Source of the DNA: Chthoniobacteraceae bacterium
GTDB taxonomy: Bacteria; Verrucomicrobiota; Verrucomicrobiia; Chthoniobacterales; Chthoniobacteraceae
Length of the DNA: 64,000 bases
Direction: 5' to 3'
Assembly: GCA_040081625.1 (NCBI GenBank)
Contig: JBEBGD010000002.1
Location: forward strand, 64,001-128,000
Shown piece by piece: positions 1 to 9,759 of this stretch. The stretch's first letter is position 1, and each line of letters begins with the position of its first letter. The translations under genes were made by a program, and so were the position numbers. The notes below the pieces were generated by a model. It searched no databases. It saw nothing but the letters and a program-made list of their open reading frames with translations, and had not been told where the DNA came from.

Positions 1-1
1 G

Positions 2-211
2 ATCGATGCCATTTGCGCATTCATCCAACATCTACTGCAACGCTTCGATCCTAAAGGCTGCGCCACCCTCGAATGGTCGCACGACTGCTCGAAGCCAAGG
101 ACTGATGCCTACGGTGGAGGCGCAGCCATCATCACTGCCAAGAGGATCAGAACCATCAGCACGGGAGTATGGATTCAACGCCAACTCCATCGTCACAACA
201 ACCGGCGCTAA
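2..211 (+). CDS. 3' part of a hypothetical protein (5' truncated by window edge)
   Basis: Frame 2 is open from base 2 to TAA 209-211 (...LEWSHDCSKPRTDAYGGGAAIITA...); not in the ORF track; motif resembles conserved hypotheticals of mobile elements. Confidence 0.6.
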   Translation: MDAICAFIQHLLQRFDPKGCATLEWSHDCSKPRTDAYGGGAAIITAKRIRTISTGVWIQRQLHRHNNRR

Positions 212-243
212 CCGCCAACAACCAAAAGAAAGGACACAAGATT

Positions 244-1017
244 ATGGTCGATCTACTCGACTCACCACCCGCGCCACCACGGCGCAAACACCCACAGCTC
301 ATCACCCATTGCGGCGCTCATGCCGTAGAGCTGGCTGAGGTGTCCAATGTGAAGACCCCGCGAGCTACCGACTCGTGGCAACCAATCCCGCACGCTCAAC
401 TCATCCAGACTGTTCAACGCACGCTGGCCACGACCAAGCTCAAGATCGGCACTCAAGCTCATTCACTGACGCATGACGGCGCTCGATACTTCGGCCTCAT
501 GGAGATCCAGAGCCAGAAAGCGAACCTCGATTACACCTGGGTGCTCGGGCTCAGGAATTCACACGACAAGACTTTCCCTGCTGGGATCGTCGCTGGAGCA
601 TCTGTCTTCGTTTGCGACAATTTGAGCTTCAGTGGGGAAGTGAAGTTCGCGAGGAAGCACACCCGGTTCATCAATCGGGATCTGCCGCAGCTCGTTGAAC
701 GCTCGATTGGTCTGCTGCTGGAAAAGTGGCATGACCAGGACAAGCGCATCACCGCCTACAAGGAATCAGAAATCCACGACGCTGAAGCGCATGACCTCAT
801 CATTCGGGCATGTGACGTTGGCGTGTGCTCGAACCGGCTCATCCCTGCGGTGCTCAAAGAGTGGCGAGAACCGGTCCACGAGCAGTTCGTCGAACGTGAC
901 GTGTGGACTCTGTTCAACTGCTTCACTTCTGCCCTGAAGGAAGGGAATCTGGCAGAGCTGCCGAAGAGGACTGAAGCTCTGCACGGGTTGCTGGATGTTG
1001 CTGTCGGGCTCAACTGA
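244..1017 (+). CDS. DUF932-family phage/plasmid protein
   Basis: QPIPH...GARYFG...GLRNSHDK...VFVCDNL...KHT motifs; ATG at 244 preferred over 169. Confidence 0.8.
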   Translation: MVDLLDSPPAPPRRKHPQLITHCGAHAVELAEVSNVKTPRATDSWQPIPHAQLIQTVQRTLATTKLKIGTQAHSLTHDGARYFGLMEIQSQKANLDYTWVLGLRNSHDKTFPAGIVAGASVFVCDNLSFSGEVKFARKHTRFINRDLPQLVERSIGLLLEKWHDQDKRITAYKESEIHDAEAHDLIIRACDVGVCSNRLIPAVLKEWREPVHEQFVERDVWTLFNCFTSALKEGNLAELPKRTEALHGLLDVAVGLN

Positions 1018-1034
1018 CCTTCACGGGTCAAAGA

Positions 1035-2441
1035 TCAGCGTCCCACTTCATGTGGGGCGCTTTTCTTTAGCTGACAACGCAGTGCCTTGGATCTTAGTCC
1101 CGACAATGGTTTGGGCGCGCCAATGGAAAGACGAGGGAGGGTGCATCCACCGACGGAGACCTGGCCGTTCATGAGCATGGGAAGAAGCCAGTCACGCAGG
1201 GCGGTGAGTTGTTGGCTTTGCTCTTGATGCGTCAGAATTGACTGAAACACGGGCTCTGCGAAGTCATTAAAGGCTGCAAGCTGCTCGGACGCGGGGACAA
1301 TAGCTGGCGTGAAGGCGATATCATTCGTAACGATAGATTTGAAAATCGAACCACTCGATTTGGCATGCAAATAGTCCATTAGACTCAGTGTGTGAAAGTA
1401 GAGGAAGGCCGATCCAACTCCGTCATGGGGGCACAAAGCGTAGCAGGACTGATTCATCGCCATCGCTCGGGAAATAATCATCGCTTTTCCAACTGAACCA
1501 CGAGCTGTGATAAAGAGAGTTCCTTTGCGATAAAGGCGAGTGGCGCTATTCCCCAGACCAAGCTGCGTAATATGACATTCCGTATCGAGACAGAATGGTT
1601 CACTTTCAGCATCCGTGGGTGTGAAGAATGGAATGGATCCTCTCCAGAATTCAGGCACATGTTTACTGGGGGTGGCTCCACCTCCGAGATCCGAAAGCGC
1701 CAAGATGTTTCCGCTTTTCCAACCATAAGGAATCTCACGTTTGTGGGCATCGTTGTAGACCATCCTTCCGCCAGATGCGCGGTAGGGTTTACCTCCAAGG
1801 CGGGGCTTTCCCATCGCGGCGGCTTGGGCGGCGGTGATGGGGAAGTCAAACTGCACGAACCAGTAGTCATACAGCAGCTTCGCCATCCCTTCCAATTCCT
1901 CATTGAGACGGTTGTTGATTTCGATCTTAGCGTCGAGGGCTGAGAGAATGGTAGCAATCGCTGCTTGCTCGCGTGGCGATGGGAGTTGAACCTGCACATC
2001 ATAGAGTCTTTCCGGCGAGGTATGCTTCACCTTGCTGCCGGAGGCGCTGCGCCTGATCTGCTTCCGAACCCACTTCGTCTTGAACAGGTGATACAGAAAC
2101 TCAACATCCACAGCGCTTGTCAGGGCGGTGACTAGGCCAAGCCGCTGATTGTGAAGGAACCGGTTACTTTCGGGAATCTTGGCCATACTGCCAAGCAGAC
2201 CATCGGTCTGCTCGGTCATTGCCACGAGAATGTCTCCCTTTTTCAGTAGGTATTCTTCAGGGAATAGTTCGGAGTAGCACTTGTCCTTTGCGGCATTACG
2301 CTTGAAGCCGCCTTCCTCAGAAAAATTGCCTGGTGTCAGGACGACATATGGTCCCGTGCCTCTAAAATGTTCCCCCTTGAAGGGGAATCCATGCTTTACG
2401 TGAATCTTGTGACGCAGGCTAGTAAACGGGCGTTTAGTCAT
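1035..2441 (-). CDS. hsdS: Type I restriction-modification specificity subunit
   Basis: Two TRDs separated by the conserved EQAAIATILSALDAKIEINNRLNEELE...YWFVQFDFP region; second conserved region LRDWLLPMLMNGQV; follows hsdM. Confidence 0.95.
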   Translation of the reverse strand: MTKRPFTSLRHKIHVKHGFPFKGEHFRGTGPYVVLTPGNFSEEGGFKRNAAKDKCYSELFPEEYLLKKGDILVAMTEQTDGLLGSMAKIPESNRFLHNQRLGLVTALTSAVDVEFLYHLFKTKWVRKQIRRSASGSKVKHTSPERLYDVQVQLPSPREQAAIATILSALDAKIEINNRLNEELEGMAKLLYDYWFVQFDFPITAAQAAAMGKPRLGGKPYRASGGRMVYNDAHKREIPYGWKSGNILALSDLGGGATPSKHVPEFWRGSIPFFTPTDAESEPFCLDTECHITQLGLGNSATRLYRKGTLFITARGSVGKAMIISRAMAMNQSCYALCPHDGVGSAFLYFHTLSLMDYLHAKSSGSIFKSIVTNDIAFTPAIVPASEQLAAFNDFAEPVFQSILTHQEQSQQLTALRDWLLPMLMNGQVSVGGCTLPRLSIGAPKPLSGLRSKALRCQLKKSAPHEVGR

Positions 2442-4056
2442 GCGTTAGGCGTGCAAGTTGTTTTGCGACCTGTCGTTCGAGATCGCGTGAGTCGTCAAAG
2501 AGCACGCGCAATCTCTCCGTTCGCTCCACGAGTTCCTTTGCAAACTGCTTAGGTGTCATCGCGACGTGCTCAACCTTCACATCAAAATACTGACCCGCGC
2601 TGAGCGAGAAGTTTTTCGCGGCAATGTCATCGTAAGAGACGACGACGGAGAAGTCCTCAACAGCTTTCCTCTGGTTGAAGGTGTGGATGATGCTACTCTC
2701 TTCATCTGGCCTGAGAAGCGTCTTTTGGTTTTTCCCTTCCTTCACTTTCTCACCGAGTCCCGAAGCATCAATCAGGATCACATCACCTTTGTTTGTTGCA
2801 TCGATGAAGATGATTGAAACATTCGTCCCAGTTGTTGCAAAGATGTTACTGGGCATCGAGATTACTCCTCCGAGCATCTTGTTTTCCACTAGATGCTGGC
2901 GGATAGTCTTCTCAATACCTGATTGTGCGGTAATAAAGCCCGAGGGAACAACGACGGCAGCGCGACCAGCCGGAGCGAGCGAGTGAATGATGTGCTGGAT
3001 GAAGAGCAGGTAGATCGCCATCTTGTCCTTATCCTTGTTCGGCACCTTGGGGATACCTGCAAAGAATCGCGAACGATTCGCCTTGGTATCGAGTTGAGCG
3101 CGGAAGTCGGAGAAATCGAGCTTGAAGGGTGGATTCGAGACGATGTAGTTGAACTTACGCAGCCCTATCCCGCTATCCGCTTTGTGATAAGGTGCGAGGA
3201 TTGTGTTTCCCTGGATCACATTTGGGATGGAGTGGACGAGATTGTTGAGAATGAGATTGAGCCGGAGCAAGCTCGATGACTTCTGGGAAACGTCCTGAGT
3301 GTAGATGGTGCAGCGGTCCTCGCCGATGGCGTGGGCAAGATTCATCAAGAGCGTTCCAGAACCTGCGGCAGGATCGTAGCAGGTGACATTCTTGACCTCC
3401 TTTGGCACAAGGCAAGAGGCCATGATCTTCGCTACGGCATGCGGTGTGTAATACTCGGCATACTTGCCCCCGCCGTCCTTGTTGTAGTCCTTGATGAGGT
3501 ATTCAAATAAAGTGGAGTAGAAGTCGAACTTCTCGGCGAAGATGCGCTCAAAGCTGAAAGGAATCAGCTTGTTTATGATGGCCCTGGCGAAGGCATCGCG
3601 CTGGGTAGCGACATACTGGGTGACGGCATCAAAGAGGACGATCTTTTGGCCGTCGTTGGTCTTTACAGAGAAGATGTCGGAATTCAGCTTAGCGATGTCG
3701 AGCAGGGTGGCATCCAAAGTCGCGGCGAAGTCCTTGTCGTTCTGCTTGCCCCACAGGGTAGAGAGGAAGTGCTCGGGCTTGAGTCGTGCGGTGGCGGCCC
3801 CGAGCTGCATGAGCAGGAGTTCATAGTCATCTGCCGACTTTTCACTCAGGGCGACTTCCCATGACTTCGCTTTGGCAAGGACAGGCTCGATGCGCTTCAC
3901 CTCATGGGCAAATTTGTCGTTGAGAAACTTGTAAAGAAAGACCTGGGTGATGATCTTGAACTCGTTGCCGTCGTTACCCAAGCCGTAGGCGGCACAGACG
4001 GCTTTGAGTTCGTCGATGAGCGCGGTGGCCTTTACTTTGAATTCTTGAGATGTCAT
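2434..4056 (-). CDS. hsdM: Type I R-M N6-adenine methyltransferase
   Basis: EYYTP, DPAAGSG (motif I) and NPPF (motif IV); overlaps hsdR stop and hsdS start. Confidence 0.95.
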   Translation of the reverse strand: MTSQEFKVKATALIDELKAVCAAYGLGNDGNEFKIITQVFLYKFLNDKFAHEVKRIEPVLAKAKSWEVALSEKSADDYELLLMQLGAATARLKPEHFLSTLWGKQNDKDFAATLDATLLDIAKLNSDIFSVKTNDGQKIVLFDAVTQYVATQRDAFARAIINKLIPFSFERIFAEKFDFYSTLFEYLIKDYNKDGGGKYAEYYTPHAVAKIMASCLVPKEVKNVTCYDPAAGSGTLLMNLAHAIGEDRCTIYTQDVSQKSSSLLRLNLILNNLVHSIPNVIQGNTILAPYHKADSGIGLRKFNYIVSNPPFKLDFSDFRAQLDTKANRSRFFAGIPKVPNKDKDKMAIYLLFIQHIIHSLAPAGRAAVVVPSGFITAQSGIEKTIRQHLVENKMLGGVISMPSNIFATTGTNVSIIFIDATNKGDVILIDASGLGEKVKEGKNQKTLLRPDEESSIIHTFNQRKAVEDFSVVVSYDDIAAKNFSLSAGQYFDVKVEHVAMTPKQFAKELVERTERLRVLFDDSRDLERQVAKQLARLTHD

Positions 4057-7000
4057 GCTGCTTGATGTCCGTGGAACTCAGCCAGATACTCCTTCATCAC
4101 AAGGTTATTGATGAACTGAGTATTCTCTGCGGTGAGGGGAAGGTGGTGTAGGACTTTGAGCTGCTCGATGATGAGGCGTGTCATTTCTGCCTTGGCGAAA
4201 GGCTCATTGGTGAGGATACGGGCATTCTGGGAAATGCAGGCATCCGCCTCGGCCTTAAAGGCGCTGAGGGCTTCGAAGAGTTTCCGCTCATTGGCGGTGG
4301 GTTCGCCTTTTTCGAGCAGCCTCTTGTGCAGGCGGGCGTATTTCTCGTCATTGGCATACTTGGCGCGGAGGAGTTGATTCTTCCGCTCCAATTCGCGGGC
4401 GCGGGTGTGGATGCCTTTGAGTGTCGCGATGTTTTCGACCATTTCGGCCTGGGTGATCTCGGATAGGTTCTTCTTCTTGAAGAGGCGTTCGAGTTCCTCC
4501 TTCAGGGTGACAAAGGCGGGGTCGCTTGGGTCGAAGTTGCCAGCGAGGCCCTCCCGAGTGCGGCGTAGATTCTCGCGCAACTCGTCAGCAATGACCATCT
4601 CTGCCTCAGACACTTTACGGAAGGCGAAGAGCACATCCTCAAGGGCAATGTTCAGGACATTGATGCCATCATCAGCGTTCTCTAGTGCTTCGCGTTGGTT
4701 GAGCAGATTGAGGTGATTGGCTGCCTCGGTAGAGAGCTGGTTGAGCTTTCGGAAGTCAAGCTTGGCGAGAAGTTCGTATTGGCCGGATAGGCGGATGAGA
4801 TTGTAGAGGCTCTTGGCGTCATTGAGCGCTTTGGCAATCTTGCGCATTTCAGCGCGATCTACAATCTGTGTAATCTGCTGGGAGAAGACCTCGGCGTTGG
4901 AGGTGTCGAAATGGAAAAGAGCGTCCTTAATGGCCTCAATGTCAGCGGTGATCTCGGCCTCGGTTTTGAAGAGGTCGGAATATTTGTCCAGTTCGTCGCC
5001 AAGTTCGCTCTGAAGTTCATCGAAGTAGTCCTTGTTGGTCTTTTCGAACTCAGATTCGATATCGACGAAATCGACGACGTAGCCGTAGCGATAGCCTCTA
5101 TAGGGGCGGTTCACCCGCGTTAGCGCCTGAAGAAGGTTGTGCGCCTTGATGATGCGACCGAGATAGAGCTTCTTCAGTCGAGCCGCATCGAATCCGGTGA
5201 GGAGCATGTTAAAGACAAAGAGGATGTCGATCTTGCCTTCCTTGAAAGCTTCCACCTGATCCTTACGCTCGGTCTTGGTGCCTACGTCGTGAAGGATGAG
5301 AGCGCAGGTCCTGACGGTGCCGCTAGTCCTGTCGGCGTATTTCGCCTCGAAGATTCGTGCCATCTCTTTCGCCTGCTCTGAGGAGTCACAGATAACCATA
5401 GCACCCGTGGTGTGGTCGTTCTTCATGACACGAGAGTTCTCAAAGTCGTCAATGATGTAGTCGAGCATGGGCTCGACGAACTTCTTGTGAGAATAGACCA
5501 TTGTCCGGTTCTTCATGTCCTTGAGCACCTTGATCTGGGCAAGAGTCTCCTGGAGCTGAAGTTTGTATTGGGTCTCGATGGCTTCGCGGATCAGACGCAG
5601 CGTATAGCCGTCGGCGATAGAGCGATTGTAGTAGTATTTGTGGATGTAGTCGCCGAAGAGGATCTTGGAGTTGTAGGTCTGCCGTTCCTTTGCCTTTCCG
5701 TCTTCGTCTCTTGTGCCTGCGAGCGATCCATTGAGCAACGGAGTCCCGGTCAGACCAATCTTGATCGCATCACGGTCCGACTGGTTAAGATTGGCAAGGA
5801 AGCTGCCCTGGGGGTTGTAGCTCCGGTGGACTTCGTCGAGGAAGTAAACGCGCTGAAGGCCAAGGGCGTAATCGGTGCTGCGAACGACATCAGGATCATC
5901 TTTGAAGCGCTGAATATTGACCACGGTGATCTCAGGCTTTCCCGAGTCATTGTGGACGGCGAGGTTCGATTTGATATCTTCAGCGAACTCTTCGCGGGAA
6001 CTGATATGATGGACATGCAGCCCACGGCTGCGAAATTCCCGGCTGGCCTGATCCAGGAGATCTATGCGATCAACGATGAAGTAGAACTTCGGAATGACGC
6101 CTTTCTTCTGAAAGTAGTCGGTGAGGAAATGGACGTTGTAGAATGCGAGCGCGGTCTTTCCGCTGCCTTGGGTGTGCCAGATGATGCCCTTACGAATCCC
6201 AGCTTCGAGTTTGCTCTCGATTGCCTTCGTCGCGAATATCTGCGGATATCGCATGACGTGCTTGTCAAATCGGGTTTCGGCTCGAACGTAGGCGAGCCCA
6301 AAGCGAAGCAGGAAGGCGAGACGGTCACGGGAGAAGAGCGAAGTGCTGAGTCGGTTGGTCGGGCTATCAGGGTTCTTGTTGGTCGCGAACTCGGCCGAGT
6401 GCTTGATGCTGGTCAAGTTGTTGTCGGTGAGAACGAAGTCTTCCGTTTGCTTGTCCTCCGGCTGAAGCAGCTTGTCGAGGTCGAGCACCACTTCCTCGCG
6501 GAAGTAGTTGAAAACTGGTTTGTCGTAGGAGGTGGAGGCGTAGAACGCACCTTCAAGTGGTTCGGGGGAGCCATCGTCGTATTCCATGTTGTTGGAGAAC
6601 ACCATGAGCTGCGTGATGTTGATGAACCGTATGAATTTCGGATTCCGAAACCTAGTGACGATACGATTGCGCTCTGCGAGGATGCCGTCGCGGTTGTTCG
6701 GCTTTTTCACCTCAATGAAGACGAGAGGAAGGCCGTTGATGAGGAGGGTGATGTCTGGGCGAAACTCTTCGTCGTCCTTCTTGCAGGTGAACTCGGTAAC
6801 AACGTGAAACGAGTTCCGATTGAAGTCCTCAAAGTCGATGATCTTCAGCCCCGAGGTCTCGGTGATCTTCTCGTAGAACTGTTTTCCGAGGTCTTCGTTG
6901 TCCAGGAGCAGGTTTAGCTGGCCCAAAGAGTTTTCGATCTCGACTGGTGTGGCCGAAGGATTGAGCGCTGAAATGCTCTTACGGAAAATCGAGGGGACGA

Positions 7001-7112
7001 TGTTGCTCGATTCATCCCAAATGAGGTCCTTGAGCGACAGGTAGGTGTATCCCAGTCGAGTGAGGTGGAGAATGGTCGGGATCTTGACTCGGGAGTCTTC
7101 GTTAAATTTCAT
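4053..7112 (-). CDS. hsdR: Type I R-M restriction subunit
   Basis: RPD...EVK nuclease motif, TQGSGKT Walker A, DEVH, MLLTGFD and QALTRVNR helicase motifs; ATG 7112 (TTG 7127 alternative). Confidence 0.95.
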   Translation of the reverse strand: MKFNEDSRVKIPTILHLTRLGYTYLSLKDLIWDESSNIVPSIFRKSISALNPSATPVEIENSLGQLNLLLDNEDLGKQFYEKITETSGLKIIDFEDFNRNSFHVVTEFTCKKDDEEFRPDITLLINGLPLVFIEVKKPNNRDGILAERNRIVTRFRNPKFIRFINITQLMVFSNNMEYDDGSPEPLEGAFYASTSYDKPVFNYFREEVVLDLDKLLQPEDKQTEDFVLTDNNLTSIKHSAEFATNKNPDSPTNRLSTSLFSRDRLAFLLRFGLAYVRAETRFDKHVMRYPQIFATKAIESKLEAGIRKGIIWHTQGSGKTALAFYNVHFLTDYFQKKGVIPKFYFIVDRIDLLDQASREFRSRGLHVHHISSREEFAEDIKSNLAVHNDSGKPEITVVNIQRFKDDPDVVRSTDYALGLQRVYFLDEVHRSYNPQGSFLANLNQSDRDAIKIGLTGTPLLNGSLAGTRDEDGKAKERQTYNSKILFGDYIHKYYYNRSIADGYTLRLIREAIETQYKLQLQETLAQIKVLKDMKNRTMVYSHKKFVEPMLDYIIDDFENSRVMKNDHTTGAMVICDSSEQAKEMARIFEAKYADRTSGTVRTCALILHDVGTKTERKDQVEAFKEGKIDILFVFNMLLTGFDAARLKKLYLGRIIKAHNLLQALTRVNRPYRGYRYGYVVDFVDIESEFEKTNKDYFDELQSELGDELDKYSDLFKTEAEITADIEAIKDALFHFDTSNAEVFSQQITQIVDRAEMRKIAKALNDAKSLYNLIRLSGQYELLAKLDFRKLNQLSTEAANHLNLLNQREALENADDGINVLNIALEDVLFAFRKVSEAEMVIADELRENLRRTREGLAGNFDPSDPAFVTLKEELERLFKKKNLSEITQAEMVENIATLKGIHTRARELERKNQLLRAKYANDEKYARLHKRLLEKGEPTANERKLFEALSAFKAEADACISQNARILTNEPFAKAEMTRLIIEQLKVLHHLPLTAENTQFINNLVMKEYLAEFHGHQAA

Positions 7113-7200
7113 AGACCTGAGTTCCAAAAGCTGTGGCGATGAAGCGGTCAGTCACAGTGCCAAGGCCAGACTTCGAGGGATCGCTGACATACGCATGGTT

Positions 7201-8484
7201 TCAGTCCTCAGCCTCTTCGGCGTAATCCTCAATCACTGAGTCTGAAAGGTAATCCAGGTGCTTTGCGGCGACCAAATCACGGACGCTCTCGTAGGTCAGA
7301 TACGTGCAGATGCCGGACAAGGCTCGCCCTTCAAGTAAAGAGAAGACTGGTCGGGAAATCTCCTGGAAGACTTTTTCTCGCTTTGAAGCCGGGGCAACAA
7401 TGTGAAGTTTGATGTCCATGTTCGGCTGCAAGGCGACCAAATCTGCCATGCGCAGGAGCCCCGAGTAGATGGAAGTTGTGTGTTCCACCTCAAACGCTCG
7501 GACGATGGACCGTTTTCTCAGCCAAATCACATCAATCTGCTCAATCGTGCGAAGTGTGAGGTCATCGTAGTTCAAGGGCAAGGTATCCAAAAGCTCTCCG
7601 TCGTTTGCTTTCCACTTTGTGAGCACACGCACTCGATCCGATTTCGGCAGCCAGATCTTCAATCCCATGCGTGATCCGATTTCGGCGAGCATTGCCTGCA
7701 CTTGGAGGCTTTCACGAATTTCGGGATTATCAGTTTCGTGCTGCTCTTCTGGTGCGGTCTTTGTGGGGACAGTGACGGCGACTGTTTTCTTATCGCCTCG
7801 AATAGTCGTGTGGTTCGGTTTCCACAGATCCTTGAACGGTTGCCAATAGCAAAATACTGAAACCGTTCTTGCCGACCCAGCCACACCTGCTGCGTTCAAG
7901 CCGTCGAACAGCATTCTATTGGTTTCCACGATCCGATGGCCCCTGCTCGTCGTGTCCCATTCGAACGGAAGCGTCAGGCCGAGGAAGTTGATCAACGTCC
8001 TCCGGTCATTGAGAGAGATTACGCTCAGATTCTTGAAGGGATCATACGCAGCGAGAAATGCATTCAGTGCGTTACCGCTTTCTCCAGTGAGGTTGTTCTT
8101 CTTACCCTCATTGACAGTGTAGAGCTGATCGATCAACGCTGCTTTCTTTGCCGGATCGGCCTCCCCAAGAATGCTGTTCATCAGGGCTCCAAGAGCCTTG
8201 TCAGATTTGAACTCTGCGAACATGCGCCTCCAAGCGCCCTGTGGAACCATCGCACGAGCCACGGCTTCAGTCTTCTTCGTGTTGCCCTTTCCATTTCGAT
8301 CAAGAATTCGGATCACCGCATCGCACTCATCATCGGTTGGAACTGAAGATGTCGGATTCATCACTCGCTCTGACCAGAAATTGCGAAAGGCATCACTCTG
8401 CTGCCGCCACAACTCGTCTTTGAGCGGCGCATCGTAGTTCGTGAAGAACTCCTTTGCCAATGGAGGAACTTGGGGCTGTGACAT
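7201..8484 (-). CDS. Two-domain protein with C-terminal PD-(D/E)XK restriction-like nuclease
   Basis: C-terminal IDVIW...AFEVEHTTSIYSGLLRMADL; helical N-terminal domain and T/P/E-rich linker; directly upstream of hsdR. Confidence 0.7.
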   Translation of the reverse strand: MSQPQVPPLAKEFFTNYDAPLKDELWRQQSDAFRNFWSERVMNPTSSVPTDDECDAVIRILDRNGKGNTKKTEAVARAMVPQGAWRRMFAEFKSDKALGALMNSILGEADPAKKAALIDQLYTVNEGKKNNLTGESGNALNAFLAAYDPFKNLSVISLNDRRTLINFLGLTLPFEWDTTSRGHRIVETNRMLFDGLNAAGVAGSARTVSVFCYWQPFKDLWKPNHTTIRGDKKTVAVTVPTKTAPEEQHETDNPEIRESLQVQAMLAEIGSRMGLKIWLPKSDRVRVLTKWKANDGELLDTLPLNYDDLTLRTIEQIDVIWLRKRSIVRAFEVEHTTSIYSGLLRMADLVALQPNMDIKLHIVAPASKREKVFQEISRPVFSLLEGRALSGICTYLTYESVRDLVAAKHLDYLSDSVIEDYAEEAED

Positions 8485-8602
8485 TGCGCCAGTTCTACCC
8501 GTTGATCACCGCCGCCTCAATCTGATTCGCAGGCAGGTAGCCGGTGCCTTTTTCCTTTTCAGCCGTCGGTGGTGGATTCAGGATCTGGAATTCTCGGCTC
8601 TG

Positions 8603-9679
8603 ATGAATCGTTTCCTCCTGATCTTCACCGCTTGCTTCTGCACGTTCCTGCCCGGCTGGAGTGCTTTTGGAGCGGATGTCACCTTACGGGATGGAACGAG
8701 TCTCCGTGGATACAAAATCACGGCAGTTGAGGTGAACGGCTTGAGAATCAGTCACGCGGATGGGGCCGGGTTGATGGATTACGACGATCTCCCAGGATCG
8801 CTGCAAAAAGCCTACGGATGGACGGACGAGAAATCGAAAGCTCGTCGCGTGGCCCGACAGGAAGAAGCACAAAGACTGCGCTCTCTCGACAATGGCCAAT
8901 ACAGAATCGAGAGACCGCCATCGCCAGCTAAAGGAGCGCCAGTTCCAGCCGCAGCAATCGAAGCCATTGCAAGTCTCGCTGACCCGGCGAAGCTGGCGAC
9001 GCTGGGAGTGCGTGGAGCCAACAGCCGGGTTCAGAAAATCACGTATTGGCTGTTCATCGTGCAGCAGAGTGGTGCGAGACCGGAGCAGGCCATTGATGAA
9101 GCCTTTGCCCGGTTTGGGTGGAAGGGCACACCCCACGGCGAAGAAACGAAAGCAACGATGATTCGCAATCTTGCCCGTGCCTTGTATCTGGGGTGCTGCG
9201 ACGCCAAAGGATTGGAGGATATGCGACGTGGTCAATCACCGACCATTCAGCGAGGATCGTTTGTGGGCGACGAGATGAGCGTGGATCATGTCCTGCCCCG
9301 TGCAGAGGTGCCAACACTGGACAATGTGCTCGCTAATCTTGAGCTGATGCCCATGCGGATGAACAGCGGCAAATCGGCGAAGCTTGGGGAACGAGAGAAA
9401 GTCATGGCACGTCGATTTGTTATCGCAGGGGTGGTGAAACCGGAATTGGTCGCCTGGGCAGGTCCATTCGATGTGAGAGCGTCTCCCGAAACCGTTAAAT
9501 CACCGCCGAACACATCTTCATCCACCTCCACATTTGTCGCTTCGAAGAAGTCCGCAGTCTTTCACAAAGCGGGTTGTGCGTCCTCCTTGGCAATTTCAAA
9601 AGCGAACCTCGCCAGCTACAGCAGTCGAGATGAGGCAATCCAAGCGGGCAAACGTCCCTGCACCACCTGCAAACCTTGA
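8603..9679 (+). CDS. Exported protein with HNH-like nuclease domain and C-terminal Ada-type zinc-binding domain
   Basis: Signal peptide MNRFLLIFTACFCTFLPGWSAFG; SVDHVLP...NLELMPMRMNSGK; VASKKSAVFHKAGC...RDEAIQAGKRPCTTCKP. Confidence 0.7.
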   Translation: MNRFLLIFTACFCTFLPGWSAFGADVTLRDGTSLRGYKITAVEVNGLRISHADGAGLMDYDDLPGSLQKAYGWTDEKSKARRVARQEEAQRLRSLDNGQYRIERPPSPAKGAPVPAAAIEAIASLADPAKLATLGVRGANSRVQKITYWLFIVQQSGARPEQAIDEAFARFGWKGTPHGEETKATMIRNLARALYLGCCDAKGLEDMRRGQSPTIQRGSFVGDEMSVDHVLPRAEVPTLDNVLANLELMPMRMNSGKSAKLGEREKVMARRFVIAGVVKPELVAWAGPFDVRASPETVKSPPNTSSSTSTFVASKKSAVFHKAGCASSLAISKANLASYSSRDEAIQAGKRPCTTCKP

Positions 9680-9759
9680 GGGATGCTTACGTTGAGGTCG
9701 CCAATCTTCAGGTCATGCCAGCGCCAGCGTAGGCAACACCCAGCTAGTCATTTTGCTCA

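Noticed and set aside
5412..6917. 501-aa plus-strand ORF
   Set aside because: Antisense shadow of hsdR
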